DNA from: an uncultured Planctomycetales bacterium | GTDB taxonomy: Bacteria > Omnitrophota > Gorgyraeia > Zapsychrales > Fredricksoniimonadaceae | Direction of reading: 5' to 3' | Length of the DNA: 64,000 nucleotides | NCBI GenBank assembly: GCA_964572155.1 | Contig: CAZNDZ010000001.1 | Coordinates: 910,290 to 974,289, forward strand | Shown here: in pieces, positions 1-8,757 of the stretch | How the letters are laid out: each line of letters opens with the position of its first letter | How positions within the stretch are numbered: position 1 is the stretch's first letter | The notes under the pieces: model-generated | Databases searched by the model: none | What the model saw: the letters and a program-made list of their open reading frames with translations, nothing else | Told to the model about the DNA's origin: nothing | Program-made: the position numbers and the translations under genes

Positions 1-2293
1 ACCCATCAAAGATCCATCGGCCTTATCAGGTCAGTGTGTTCAACTTTGGGAAAATATCACAAGCACGCTCCATAAGATTGTTTTATGCGAAGCCTATGCG
101 GTGTTTAACCCGTATGTCGATCTTTTTGAAGCCCTCATGGTGATCTTAGAGGAAACGCAAGTTAAGGAAGATATTTTATTCCTCGAGCAATTAAATAAAA
201 AAGCCGGCGAGCTTTTTGCCCATGAATTAGTCAGTGTGGCAGAAGTTTATTATCGGCTGGCAACGCGTTTTAATCATTATTTGATGGATGAGTTCCAAGA
301 CACTGCCCAAGCCCAATGGCAAAATATTAAGCCTTTGGTTGAAGAAGCCTTAGCCAGCGGCGGGAGTTTGTTTTATGTGGGGGATAAGAAACAAGCCATT
401 TATGGTTTTAGGGGTGGGCTAAGCCGACTGTTTGATCAATTGCCAATGGAGCTAAGCGCCTTTAGTGTTGGTCATCAGAGTTTAGATACCAATTACCGCA
501 GTTCCCGTCAAATTGTTGAATTTAATAATGCCGTATTTGCACATGATAACTTGATGCGCATGGTCGGTGACTTAGAAGTGCAAGATCGATTCAAAGATAA
601 AGACATTGCTTTTAGCCTCGAGGATAAGGCTGCTATCAAGGAAGTCTTTGATGGGGCAACACAAAACTCTAAAGACAATGCCCTATCAGGGTATATTCAT
701 GTTGAAACGGTTTATGGCAAAAAGAAAGAAGAACGCAACGAACAGATTCGCGTTAAAGTTTTGGATGCCATTCATCACGCCCGTCAACGTTTTGCCTTAA
801 ATGACATTGCTTTATTAACGCGTAATAACAGTGAAGTGGAAGAGGTTACAGGGTGGCTTTTAAGTGCAGGCGTGCCAGCGCAATCTGAGCGAACTAGTGA
901 CATCAAAAACCATTGGCTAATCAAACAACTCATGGCCATGCTACGTTTTTTAGATGACCCTTCAGATAACACAGCGTTCGTTGATTTTATTACCTCAGAT
1001 ATTTATCTAAAAGCCACTGGCATCAATTTGCGTGAGATGGAAGATTTCTTATTCCAACATCGGCCTGACAAGAAGGCCATGTTGACACACGTGTATCATC
1101 AGCATTTTAAGGCGCAATACAGCGACGCATGGGAAAAATATTTTACCGTGTTCCTACATCAAGTCGGCGTCTATCCTTTATATGAAACAGTCTTAAACAT
1201 TTGCCAGAAATTCAATGTGCTGTCCATTTTTCCTCAAGAGCAAGGTTTTATCATGCATTGGTTGGAATTGATTAAAGTTTATGAAGAAGAAGGCTGCGAC
1301 CTTCGAGGTTTTATCAATTACTTTGATGCTCTCGAGGATCAATCGCGCTTTGTGCCCATGCCATCGATTGAAGCCGTGCAAGTTTTGACCATTCATAAAT
1401 CCAAGGGTTTAGAGTTTGGTTGTGTGATCATCCCATTTTTAGAAATGACCATCAAGGTTGGCTCCGGCGATAAAAGTGGCGGCCAGTCATTTTTATGGGA
1501 CGAGACCCCAGAGGGTTTACGGTTATTTCGACTTAAAGAAAATTACACACTTTTTTGCGACTTGTTAAAAGACAGGTATGCCGTGGAATATAAGCAAAGT
1601 TTCAAACAAGAATTGAATAATATGTACGTTGCCTTAACACGTGCGGTTGATGAAATGATTGTCTTTATCCCAGAGCGGGTGGGTAATAGTATTAATCCGG
1701 CATTGTCGTTAATCCCAGAAGCATGGCATCATGTGGGGACACCTAAAAATAATGCGGTGCATGCACCCGTCGTTCGAATATCAACGCCTCTCGCTTTAGC
1801 CACATTTAAAGATTGGGCCCAAGGGTGGTCGGAAGAGCTGGCGTTGCCATCGTTGGAAAATCAGGAACTCCGACGGCAAGGTGAAATTATCCATTTTTGT
1901 CTATCACAAATTCAAACCATCCATGGACTAGATGTTCGTGAAGTTGTTGCCACTGCTGTCACCAAGGCAGATCGTCAGTATGCCTTGATGGAAGGGCGGG
2001 CTCTGTATGAAGACAAGATTTTAGCATTGCTGGCGCTACCTGCATGGCAACAATATTTTGATATTCCTGCATCTGTCACGGTTTTATGTGAGCAAGAGAT
2101 TGTTAATCAATACGGGGATACACGCCGCATTGATCGCTTGATCATTGATAACAATCGGGTTTGTGCCATTGATTTTAAACCCAATGAAAATCTAGCTGCG
2201 TATCAAGATCAAATGAATACCTACGTGCAATTATTAAAAGCACTTTATCCGAAGGCCAAGGTCGAAGGGGTGGTATTAACATATGGCCTCTAG
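1..2293 (+). CDS. UvrD/Rep-type helicase C-terminal half fused to a RecB-family nuclease domain (AddA/RecB-like); 5'-partial, gene starts upstream of the window
   Basis: The frame is open from nt 2 with no stop before the listed GTG at 101, so the gene starts outside the window. Helicase motif-VI-like 'YVALTRAVDEMIVF' is present. The C-terminus carries PD-(D/E)xK signatures 'RIDRLIIDN..AIDFKPN' and QxxxY ('QMNTYVQLL'). Confidence 0.6.
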   Translation, partial: PIKDPSALSGQCVQLWENITSTLHKIVLCEAYAVFNPYVDLFEALMVILEETQVKEDILFLEQLNKKAGELFAHELVSVAEVYYRLATRFNHYLMDEFQDTAQAQWQNIKPLVEEALASGGSLFYVGDKKQAIYGFRGGLSRLFDQLPMELSAFSVGHQSLDTNYRSSRQIVEFNNAVFAHDNLMRMVGDLEVQDRFKDKDIAFSLEDKAAIKEVFDGATQNSKDNALSGYIHVETVYGKKKEERNEQIRVKVLDAIHHARQRFALNDIALLTRNNSEVEEVTGWLLSAGVPAQSERTSDIKNHWLIKQLMAMLRFLDDPSDNTAFVDFITSDIYLKATGINLREMEDFLFQHRPDKKAMLTHVYHQHFKAQYSDAWEKYFTVFLHQVGVYPLYETVLNICQKFNVLSIFPQEQGFIMHWLELIKVYEEEGCDLRGFINYFDALEDQSRFVPMPSIEAVQVLTIHKSKGLEFGCVIIPFLEMTIKVGSGDKSGGQSFLWDETPEGLRLFRLKENYTLFCDLLKDRYAVEYKQSFKQELNNMYVALTRAVDEMIVFIPERVGNSINPALSLIPEAWHHVGTPKNNAVHAPVVRISTPLALATFKDWAQGWSEELALPSLENQELRRQGEIIHFCLSQIQTIHGLDVREVVATAVTKADRQYALMEGRALYEDKILALLALPAWQQYFDIPASVTVLCEQEIVNQYGDTRRIDRLIIDNNRVCAIDFKPNENLAAYQDQMNTYVQLLKALYPKAKVEGVVLTYGL

Positions 2294-4958
2294 GATTATC
2301 ACGATCGCATTTACAGAAAACTTCATCGACGCCTTGTGCGATGTGATTGAGCAGGATTACATCAACGCAGGTCGCGACTTATCGCGCTTAAATATCGTTT
2401 TTGGTGGGCATCGACCGGCATTGTTCTTAAAGAAAGAACTATCACGGCGTTTAAAAACTGTTTTTTATCCGCCAAAGATTTCAACCATTGATGATTTTAT
2501 GGCCACCATTGCGCCACAGCGACGGATGTTAAATGACCTAGAGCATTGTTATTTGATCTATACATTAGCCAAGGCACATGCACCCGATATCTTAAAAGGT
2601 AGAGAGGGGTTTGTGCATTTTCTTCCGTGGGCCCGTGAGATTATCCATTTCATTGAACAATTGGATTTAGAAAATACCCCAGCAGATGCCTTGCTTAGGT
2701 TAATAGCCCAAGCCACCATTGGCTTTGATGTGCCTCAAGATATCAATCGATTGCTCAAAAGTTTATTTGTCCTGCGCGGCGTCTATCATGCGCATTTAGA
2801 CAAGCATCAAATTACCAGTCGTGGTTATAGGTATTATCAAGCAGGGCTTCATGTTGCCAAAGCCAACCTCGATCAATTTGATGAGACAATTTTTTGTAAC
2901 TTTTTTTATTTGCATCGCAGCGAAAGCACGGTCATCAAACATTTATTCGAGCACAATCAAGCTTCCCTGTTGATTCAAGGTGATCAGCGACGATGGCCAG
3001 CGCTCAAACGCATTGCCAAAGATTTTGGACAGGAAATCAAAGAGGGCCCGCAGGTTAAAGAGCCCACGTTTCATCTCAATGCCTATGCTGCTTTTGATCA
3101 GCACACACAAGCTGGTTTGGTGAGTCAGATATTAAATACCATCACGGATAAAGAAAAAACGGTCATTGTTTTACCCAATGCGGATGCCATGTTGCCACTC
3201 TTATCCATGTTGTCACATCAAGTCGACGCCTTTAATGTGTCCTTAGGTTACCCATTGCGTCGCAGTGCGATCTATATGCTTTTAGATTTTATATCCCAAG
3301 CCCAACATAACCTACGTGCCGACGGGTATTATTCACGTGATTATTTAAAAGTATTAGGTCATCCCTTGGTTAAAAGTTTGGCGATAGGCACATCAACAGA
3401 TACAACGGCAGATTATATCCGGACACTCGAGGCATGTTTGACGGGTGCTATAACATCATCCATATCGGGATTGTTGTTTATCAACATTGAAGATATTTTA
3501 AAAGATGAACAATGTCAGCCTTATAAAGCAGTTGCCCAAAAACTGCACACGGCGTTATTTGAAGATTGGCAAACCATACACAGCTTTGCGCATTTGGCAA
3601 AAATCTTAGAGCGCTTTAGTGTTTTTATGAATGCCAATACAACGTTAGGCGAATATCCCTTAAACGAACATGTCACACGCGCATTGATGGACATTGCCCG
3701 CGAATGGTCAACGGTTGATTTGCATGACGAGACTTTTCAAACATTGGATTTATTAAAGATCGCGCAAGAACGTTTAGGGCGGGAAGTGGTGGCGTTTAAA
3801 GGTTCGCCGCTTAAAGGTTTGCAAGTGCTTGGCCTCATTGAAACGCGGTCGCTTAGTTTTGACAATGTCATTGTTGTTGATGTCAACGAAGGGGTCTTAC
3901 CCAATTTAAATATTTATGAACCGCTCATCCCGCGTGAGGTCATGATTGGTTTAAACATTGATCGTCTTGAACTCGAAGAAGAAATACAGCGTTATCAATT
4001 CATGCGTTTGATCTCGTCAGCAAAACAGGTGCATTTGATTTATCAAGAACGCGCTGATAAAGAACGTAGTCGATTTGTTGAGGAGTTGGTTTGGCAAGAA
4101 GAACAATCTAAAGCCAAGGTCAATGTTGTGCCCATCACGCGCCCAACCTATGCTGTTAATTTAACCCAGCAACAACGACAAGCCACAAAGACACCCGCGA
4201 TGGTAGCGTTCTTAAAGAACTTTGTTTATTCTGCGACGAGTATCAACACCTATAAGCGTAATCCGTATGAGTTCTACCAGAATTATGTCCTAGGTTTAAA
4301 ACCTAAGGAAGACTTGCTCGAGGATCCAGAAGGCCGTCATGTGGGCACCTTTGTCCACGGCATTTTTGAAGACGCTTTTAAATTACTTTTAGGAAAGCCG
4401 CCCGTGATGGATGATCGTTTTAAAGATTTGGTCATGCGCATGTTCCAAGAACGTTTTGACGCGCATTTTGGAAAAGGGCAGCGCAGCGACGCATTCTTAC
4501 TCAAAGTGGTCTTAGAAAACAGGCTAACAAGATTTTTAGAGATCGAAAGCCTGCGCGTGGCGCATGATGTTGAAAATATTTTGCATATCGAGCGAAAGTT
4601 TGTGGACTCAATTGACTTGCCCTGTGGACAAATCAATCTTTCACTGCGCATGGACCGTGTTGAGCAATTAAAGAGTGGGACGATCTTGGTTATCGATTAT
4701 AAGACGGGCAATGTTGATGACACATCCGTACAAATGCCCCTATATCTCAATTATTTGCGCAAGCAATATCCCAATGTTCCTGTGAATGCCGCCTACTACA
4801 TGTTAAAAACCCAAGAGCTTAACATGTATCTACATAAGAAAGATACGCAAGCGCTCGATGAGATGTTAAAGAAATTCCTAGAAGATTTAGATCTGGTGAT
4901 GAGTGAAATATTTAATCATGAAATCCCTTTTATTGATAAAGAGGATCATATAAAATAA
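2283..4958 (+). CDS. AddB-like PD-(D/E)xK nuclease family protein (helicase-nuclease partner subunit)
   Basis: 891 aa, overlapping the upstream helicase gene by 11 nt. C-terminal RecB/AddB nuclease motif 'ILVIDYKTGN' plus 'QMPLYLNYL' (QxxxY). No Walker A and no C-terminal Cys cluster. Confidence 0.55.
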   Translation: MASRIITIAFTENFIDALCDVIEQDYINAGRDLSRLNIVFGGHRPALFLKKELSRRLKTVFYPPKISTIDDFMATIAPQRRMLNDLEHCYLIYTLAKAHAPDILKGREGFVHFLPWAREIIHFIEQLDLENTPADALLRLIAQATIGFDVPQDINRLLKSLFVLRGVYHAHLDKHQITSRGYRYYQAGLHVAKANLDQFDETIFCNFFYLHRSESTVIKHLFEHNQASLLIQGDQRRWPALKRIAKDFGQEIKEGPQVKEPTFHLNAYAAFDQHTQAGLVSQILNTITDKEKTVIVLPNADAMLPLLSMLSHQVDAFNVSLGYPLRRSAIYMLLDFISQAQHNLRADGYYSRDYLKVLGHPLVKSLAIGTSTDTTADYIRTLEACLTGAITSSISGLLFINIEDILKDEQCQPYKAVAQKLHTALFEDWQTIHSFAHLAKILERFSVFMNANTTLGEYPLNEHVTRALMDIAREWSTVDLHDETFQTLDLLKIAQERLGREVVAFKGSPLKGLQVLGLIETRSLSFDNVIVVDVNEGVLPNLNIYEPLIPREVMIGLNIDRLELEEEIQRYQFMRLISSAKQVHLIYQERADKERSRFVEELVWQEEQSKAKVNVVPITRPTYAVNLTQQQRQATKTPAMVAFLKNFVYSATSINTYKRNPYEFYQNYVLGLKPKEDLLEDPEGRHVGTFVHGIFEDAFKLLLGKPPVMDDRFKDLVMRMFQERFDAHFGKGQRSDAFLLKVVLENRLTRFLEIESLRVAHDVENILHIERKFVDSIDLPCGQINLSLRMDRVEQLKSGTILVIDYKTGNVDDTSVQMPLYLNYLRKQYPNVPVNAAYYMLKTQELNMYLHKKDTQALDEMLKKFLEDLDLVMSEIFNHEIPFIDKEDHIK

Positions 4959-4962
4959 ATGC

Positions 4963-5328
4963 ATGCCAAAAACCATCCTAGTTGTTGATGATGAACCTGT
5001 CATTGTAGAGATTGCCAAGCGCAAGTTAACCGAACTTGGTTATGAAATAGCAACTGCAGGAAATGGGGTGGAAGCAATTAATCAAATGAAGGCCAAAAAA
5101 CCGGATTTGATCTTACTAGATATACAAATGCCCGTCATGAACGGCTACACCTTTATGATGGAAAAAGTAAAAATGCCAGATTATGCCAAAGTTCCGGTTG
5201 TTGTTTTAACCGCCTATGCAGAAATGGAACCCCTTTTCAAACGCCACGGCGCCATCGCCTATATCCTTAAACCCATCAAGCTCCAAGATGTCATCGCCTT
5301 AGTCCAAAAGACCATCGGCGCGCCGTAA
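4963..5328 (+). CDS. Stand-alone response-regulator receiver (CheY-like REC) domain protein
   Basis: 121 aa with N-terminal acidic pair 'VVDDEP', phospho-acceptor context 'LILLDIQMP', 'VVVLTAY' and 'ILKPIK'. No output domain and no adjacent histidine kinase. Confidence 0.8.
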   Translation: MPKTILVVDDEPVIVEIAKRKLTELGYEIATAGNGVEAINQMKAKKPDLILLDIQMPVMNGYTFMMEKVKMPDYAKVPVVVLTAYAEMEPLFKRHGAIAYILKPIKLQDVIALVQKTIGAP

Positions 5329-5361
5329 CCCACTTTTCGGAGATCAACTTGTTTTTCGCCC

Positions 5362-5380
5362 TATAGTATGTATATACTAT
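5362..5380 (+). promoter_or_regulatory. AT-rich promoter-like element with inverted repeat ATAGTAT-gtat-ATACTAT; shares TATAGTATG and TGTATATA with the paralog B upstream region
   Basis: The sequence 'ctatagtatgtatatactatggcatcATG' has a TATACT -10-like hexamer only 8 nt from the ATG and no Shine-Dalgarno. The same 8-9-mers occur at 37384..37398 upstream of paralog B. Confidence 0.4.
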
Positions 5381-5386
5381 GGCATC

Positions 5387-8383
5387 ATGCGTAAATTAGT
5401 TTTTATCATAGTTTTAGCTAGTTTTATTCTAAGCGTCTTTAATATTCCAACACTTAAAGCCAGTGAGATCGTATTACCTTCGCCTGGCACCATGGTTCAT
5501 TTAAGCCCTTCGTTTCAACCCCCAATATTAAAAGGCATTAAAGTTCATCCTGATAACCCATTTAAATTCGAATTTGTGTTGTCGCAGGGCGACAACGCAT
5601 CCGCCGTAGCTGAACACGAAAGTAATTCAGCGAAGGCGGATTTCCTTAAACAAGAATCAACAAAATTAATCAAGTATTTCCTCGCCGCCCTAACCACGCC
5701 CGAAAAAGACATGTGGGTTAATTTAAGCCCCTACGAAAAAGACCGCATTGTGCCCGACGGTTTTGGTCAAACCGAAATGGGACGTGACTTATTAGCCCAA
5801 GATTATATCCTTAAACAAATCACCGCATCCTTAGTTTATCCCGAGGGGGAGATTGGCAAAACATTTTGGAAACGCATTTATGAAGCAACCGCCAATAAGA
5901 ATGTGCCTGTAAACACCTTTAATAAAGTATGGATAGTCCCAGCAAAAGCTGTCGTGTATGAGAACCCAGCATCAGGCACTGCGTATGTGGTTGAATCGTC
6001 ACTTAAAGTGTTAACCGAGCAAGATTACCTTGCTAATACCAAAAATAACAATCAACAAAACAACAATCAAATCGTCCGAGACATCATCATCCCGCAACTC
6101 ACCAAAGAAATCAACGAAGGCAAAAACTTCGCCCAACTCCGACAAGTATACAATTCCTTAATCTTAGCGACGTGGTACAAAAAGAAGATCCGAGACAGCA
6201 TCCTTTCGCAAGTCTACGCAGATAAAAATAAAGTAGCAGGGATCAACATAGACGATCCTTTGGAAAAGCAAAAAATTTATGACCAATATTTACAAGCGTT
6301 CAAGAAGGGGGCGTATAACTTCATCAAAGTAGAGCAAGATCCTTTAACGCAACAGATGATGCCAAGGAAGTATTTTTCGGGTGGGATGCATATGAATATG
6401 GACATGATGTCAACGGTTCATGTAATGCCAAATAGCTTTACCGATTCTAATCAAGCAATGTTGGTACAAGTGAGTATTGCTCCTGAAGGAGCGCGAGTTA
6501 ATGAGGCGATAGATCAACCTAAAGACCCGAAAGTTTTAGCTTTAACAGATTCAATTAATGCATCTATTCATGAAAAAGGTATTTTGGAAATGCAATCAAT
6601 TGATTATGACGATCCTTTATATGTTCAGGTCAGAAATATTATTGCAGTTGCTAACAATCACGAGTTTCATGCTGGAGATGAATACCGTAGCGGGATGGCA
6701 GAAGCGGTTTACAGGGTTGTTCAATATTTAAAATCGAGAAATGATCTTATGAAATTAGACTTTGAGCAGATAGCGAGATTTTTATTGCTAAAAAGGGTGA
6801 TGATTGCAGGAAAATTAGCAGAAAAAGGTAATAGTGATGAAATAGATCTTATTTCAGGTGTAGGAGATAGCGACGGATGGAGGGTTAGATCGCTTGGTAG
6901 GTTTGGATCTCCTCAATCTATTTCTTTTGCTAGTTCCAAGGGGTATCCTGAACTTTATCAAAAGTTAATGCGTAAGAAAAATGAATTTGAATTATCAAAG
7001 AATGGGATATTAACTTATAGAAAAACCTATAGATTTGGAGCGACTAGAACCAAGTATGATCAAATCATTGAAGTTGATAATGATTTTCTGGAATTTAAAA
7101 TTTATCATGCTGATCCAAATTCAGTTCCTTTAATTTTGTTTCATCTGCAAGATCTCTGGACGGAGATATTAAGTAATTCTAATCTAGATAAACGTGATCG
7201 TCTAATAGCTGAAATGGAATGGTGGTTTTATCAGGCTAATCCCTATATCAGGGCTGGGGCAAGCATTGGTAATGCGCTATCTCTTATTGCACAAAGTTTA
7301 ACAGGCAAGATTTTGGATGATCATTTCGAGCACCATGACTGGGACGCTTTATCTAGCACACTCGAGGAATATATCCTTAATCGTTCAAATCAATTTCATC
7401 AATTAAGACAGATACAAGCTGCTTCAAACCCTGCAACTAAAACAGGAAAGACAGCGGACAACGCCCAATTAGCTCAAGACGCTGCCATGCATCATACAGA
7501 GAGTGTTCCTGATTTATCTCAATTTAAAGTAGGAATATCAAATGATCGTATTTCATTATTTAATCAGGGAAAAACTTATGAGTCGCTAAGCAGAGAGGGT
7601 CGAAGTCACATCTTTATATATGGAAATTATGTTATTCGAGTACGGCCTAATACCGAACAAATGTTTCTTAATCTGCAAAGCATCGTAGCCGCATTTAATT
7701 TAGGAAATCAAATTGGCATTCCAATTCCGAGTGTTAGGGCTAGTGGATATATAAATGGAGAAGATGGTAAAGTTTATTCAGCTATCGTTGTTGATCGTAT
7801 AGAGGGTTTTTCTCTTGATAGTAGTTCTATAAAAATGGTAAATCAAGAAGACAGGGTGCGATATACGGAATTATATATTGAATTATTAAGAGCGATGCTT
7901 AAAAATCATGTGGTCCTCGGTGACTGGCAAGCAGCGCAGTTTATGATTGGATATAATGTGAATGACCCTCAAAAAAATATTAAGGCTTGGCTAGTTGATC
8001 CGAAAAGCATGTATGTAGATGAGAATAAACGAAATCGAGCAATAGTGTATTATCAAAATATCTTTTCTCAGGATTTTGTAGAAGTTAATGAATATTTAGA
8101 TTTACGGCTGATTGAAGAATTTTTATTGACGGAAAGTGGAGTACACAGAAGTCGTTTCGAATCTATTCGTGATTCAGCAGCTGCGGCTCGTGGTGGGATT
8201 GATTTTAATGCTGACAAAATAAATTTAGAGACAAATGTCGGTGAGGGGATTAAGTTTCATGTTGATCCTGCCATGTTTAAACAACTTCAAGATGCCCCAG
8301 GATTTACACCGGTTATTATTGACATTCAACCCATGACGGATTTGCCAAAGTTTCTTGGGCTAAAAGTAAGCAACTTGCCTTAA
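5387..8383 (+). CDS. Giant Sec-secreted modular protein, paralog A, with conserved N- and C-terminal modules and unique central cargo; function unknown
   Basis: 998 aa. Sec signal peptide 'MRKLVFIIVLASFILSVFNIPTLKA|SE'. N-terminal ~330 aa and the last ~55 aa are highly similar to ORF 37407..41774 at both protein and nucleotide level. The middle is AT-rich and unrelated. Confidence 0.85.
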   Translation: MRKLVFIIVLASFILSVFNIPTLKASEIVLPSPGTMVHLSPSFQPPILKGIKVHPDNPFKFEFVLSQGDNASAVAEHESNSAKADFLKQESTKLIKYFLAALTTPEKDMWVNLSPYEKDRIVPDGFGQTEMGRDLLAQDYILKQITASLVYPEGEIGKTFWKRIYEATANKNVPVNTFNKVWIVPAKAVVYENPASGTAYVVESSLKVLTEQDYLANTKNNNQQNNNQIVRDIIIPQLTKEINEGKNFAQLRQVYNSLILATWYKKKIRDSILSQVYADKNKVAGINIDDPLEKQKIYDQYLQAFKKGAYNFIKVEQDPLTQQMMPRKYFSGGMHMNMDMMSTVHVMPNSFTDSNQAMLVQVSIAPEGARVNEAIDQPKDPKVLALTDSINASIHEKGILEMQSIDYDDPLYVQVRNIIAVANNHEFHAGDEYRSGMAEAVYRVVQYLKSRNDLMKLDFEQIARFLLLKRVMIAGKLAEKGNSDEIDLISGVGDSDGWRVRSLGRFGSPQSISFASSKGYPELYQKLMRKKNEFELSKNGILTYRKTYRFGATRTKYDQIIEVDNDFLEFKIYHADPNSVPLILFHLQDLWTEILSNSNLDKRDRLIAEMEWWFYQANPYIRAGASIGNALSLIAQSLTGKILDDHFEHHDWDALSSTLEEYILNRSNQFHQLRQIQAASNPATKTGKTADNAQLAQDAAMHHTESVPDLSQFKVGISNDRISLFNQGKTYESLSREGRSHIFIYGNYVIRVRPNTEQMFLNLQSIVAAFNLGNQIGIPIPSVRASGYINGEDGKVYSAIVVDRIEGFSLDSSSIKMVNQEDRVRYTELYIELLRAMLKNHVVLGDWQAAQFMIGYNVNDPQKNIKAWLVDPKSMYVDENKRNRAIVYYQNIFSQDFVEVNEYLDLRLIEEFLLTESGVHRSRFESIRDSAAAARGGIDFNADKINLETNVGEGIKFHVDPAMFKQLQDAPGFTPVIIDIQPMTDLPKFLGLKVSNLP

Positions 8384-8388
8384 AGCGT

Positions 8389-8420
8389 AATTGACGCTCG
8401 CCGTCTTTTGTGTTATTTAT
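8389..8420 (+). repeat. Direct repeat copy 1 (aATTGACGCTCgccgtCTTTTGTGTTATTTat); doubles as a sigma70-like promoter (TTGACG-17 nt-TATTTA)
   Basis: It matches copy 2 at 9574..9606, with a 10-nt and a 14-nt block identical. It lies immediately after the paralog A stop codon. Confidence 0.6.
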
Positions 8421-8489
8421 AAGCTCTAAAGAAGCCCACCTACGTATTATCTCTGCCGCTTCTAAAACCCACCAAATTAGAGGCAGAGT

Positions 8490-8720
8490 ATGAAGTCCCA
8501 TTTAAATATTGATAAAGATTACAAAGTTTGGCTTGCAAATATCAAGGCAAGAGTCCGTAATGCTCAGATTAAAGCAGCTATTAGCGTCAATACAGAATTG
8601 TTAGAACTTTATTGGAGCTTGGGAGCGGATATTTTTAATAAACAAAGAAATGCCAAATGAGGCGAGGGATTAAAGTCAATTGGGCAACAAGTTGTTGCCC
8701 AAATTAGACAAATTCAATAG
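8490..8720 (+). pseudogene. Remnant of a DUF1016/YhcG-family (PDDEXK-like) gene: N-terminal ~75 codons only, with an in-frame TGA at the conserved Trp position
   Basis: The translation 'MKSHLNIDKDYKVWLANIKARVRNAQIKAAISVNTELLELYWSLGADIFNKQRNAK*GEGLKSIGQQVVAQIRQIQ*' aligns to the YhcG N-terminus (..RIRQAQLKAAVSVNRELILLYWHIGKDI...QGWGAKVI..). TGA at 8658..8660 sits where the conserved W is. The reading frame ends at 8718..8720, whereas full-length family members are ~350 aa. Confidence 0.6.
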
Positions 8721-8757
8721 GTGCAAAATAGTGAAATAAATAAGGAAAGGCAGTAAA

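Noticed and set aside
784-972. Short minus-strand and nested ORFs from the track (784..972-, 1193..1396-, 4337..4651-, 17362..17811-, 20002..20343-, 31286..31846+, 36912..37114 cluster, 53504..53989-, 63477..63755- and others)
   Set aside because: Each lies entirely inside a well-supported longer gene on the other strand or frame. They have low-complexity or compositionally biased translations and no recognisable motifs, so they are treated as spurious.
7150-7330. Fic-like motif in paralog A cargo ('NPYIRAGASIGNALSL' vs HPFx[DE]GNGR)
   Set aside because: Catalytic His and the GNGR core are absent. The resemblance is too degenerate to report.
8658-8660. TGA at the conserved Trp codon of the DUF1016 remnant as evidence for a TGA=Trp genetic code in this organism
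   Set aside because: Host genes clearly terminate at TGA (yggS stop overlapping the proC ATG, lgt stop overlapping rluD). The remnant is also truncated after ~75 codons. It is treated as a pseudogene lesion, or at most a relic of a foreign donor.
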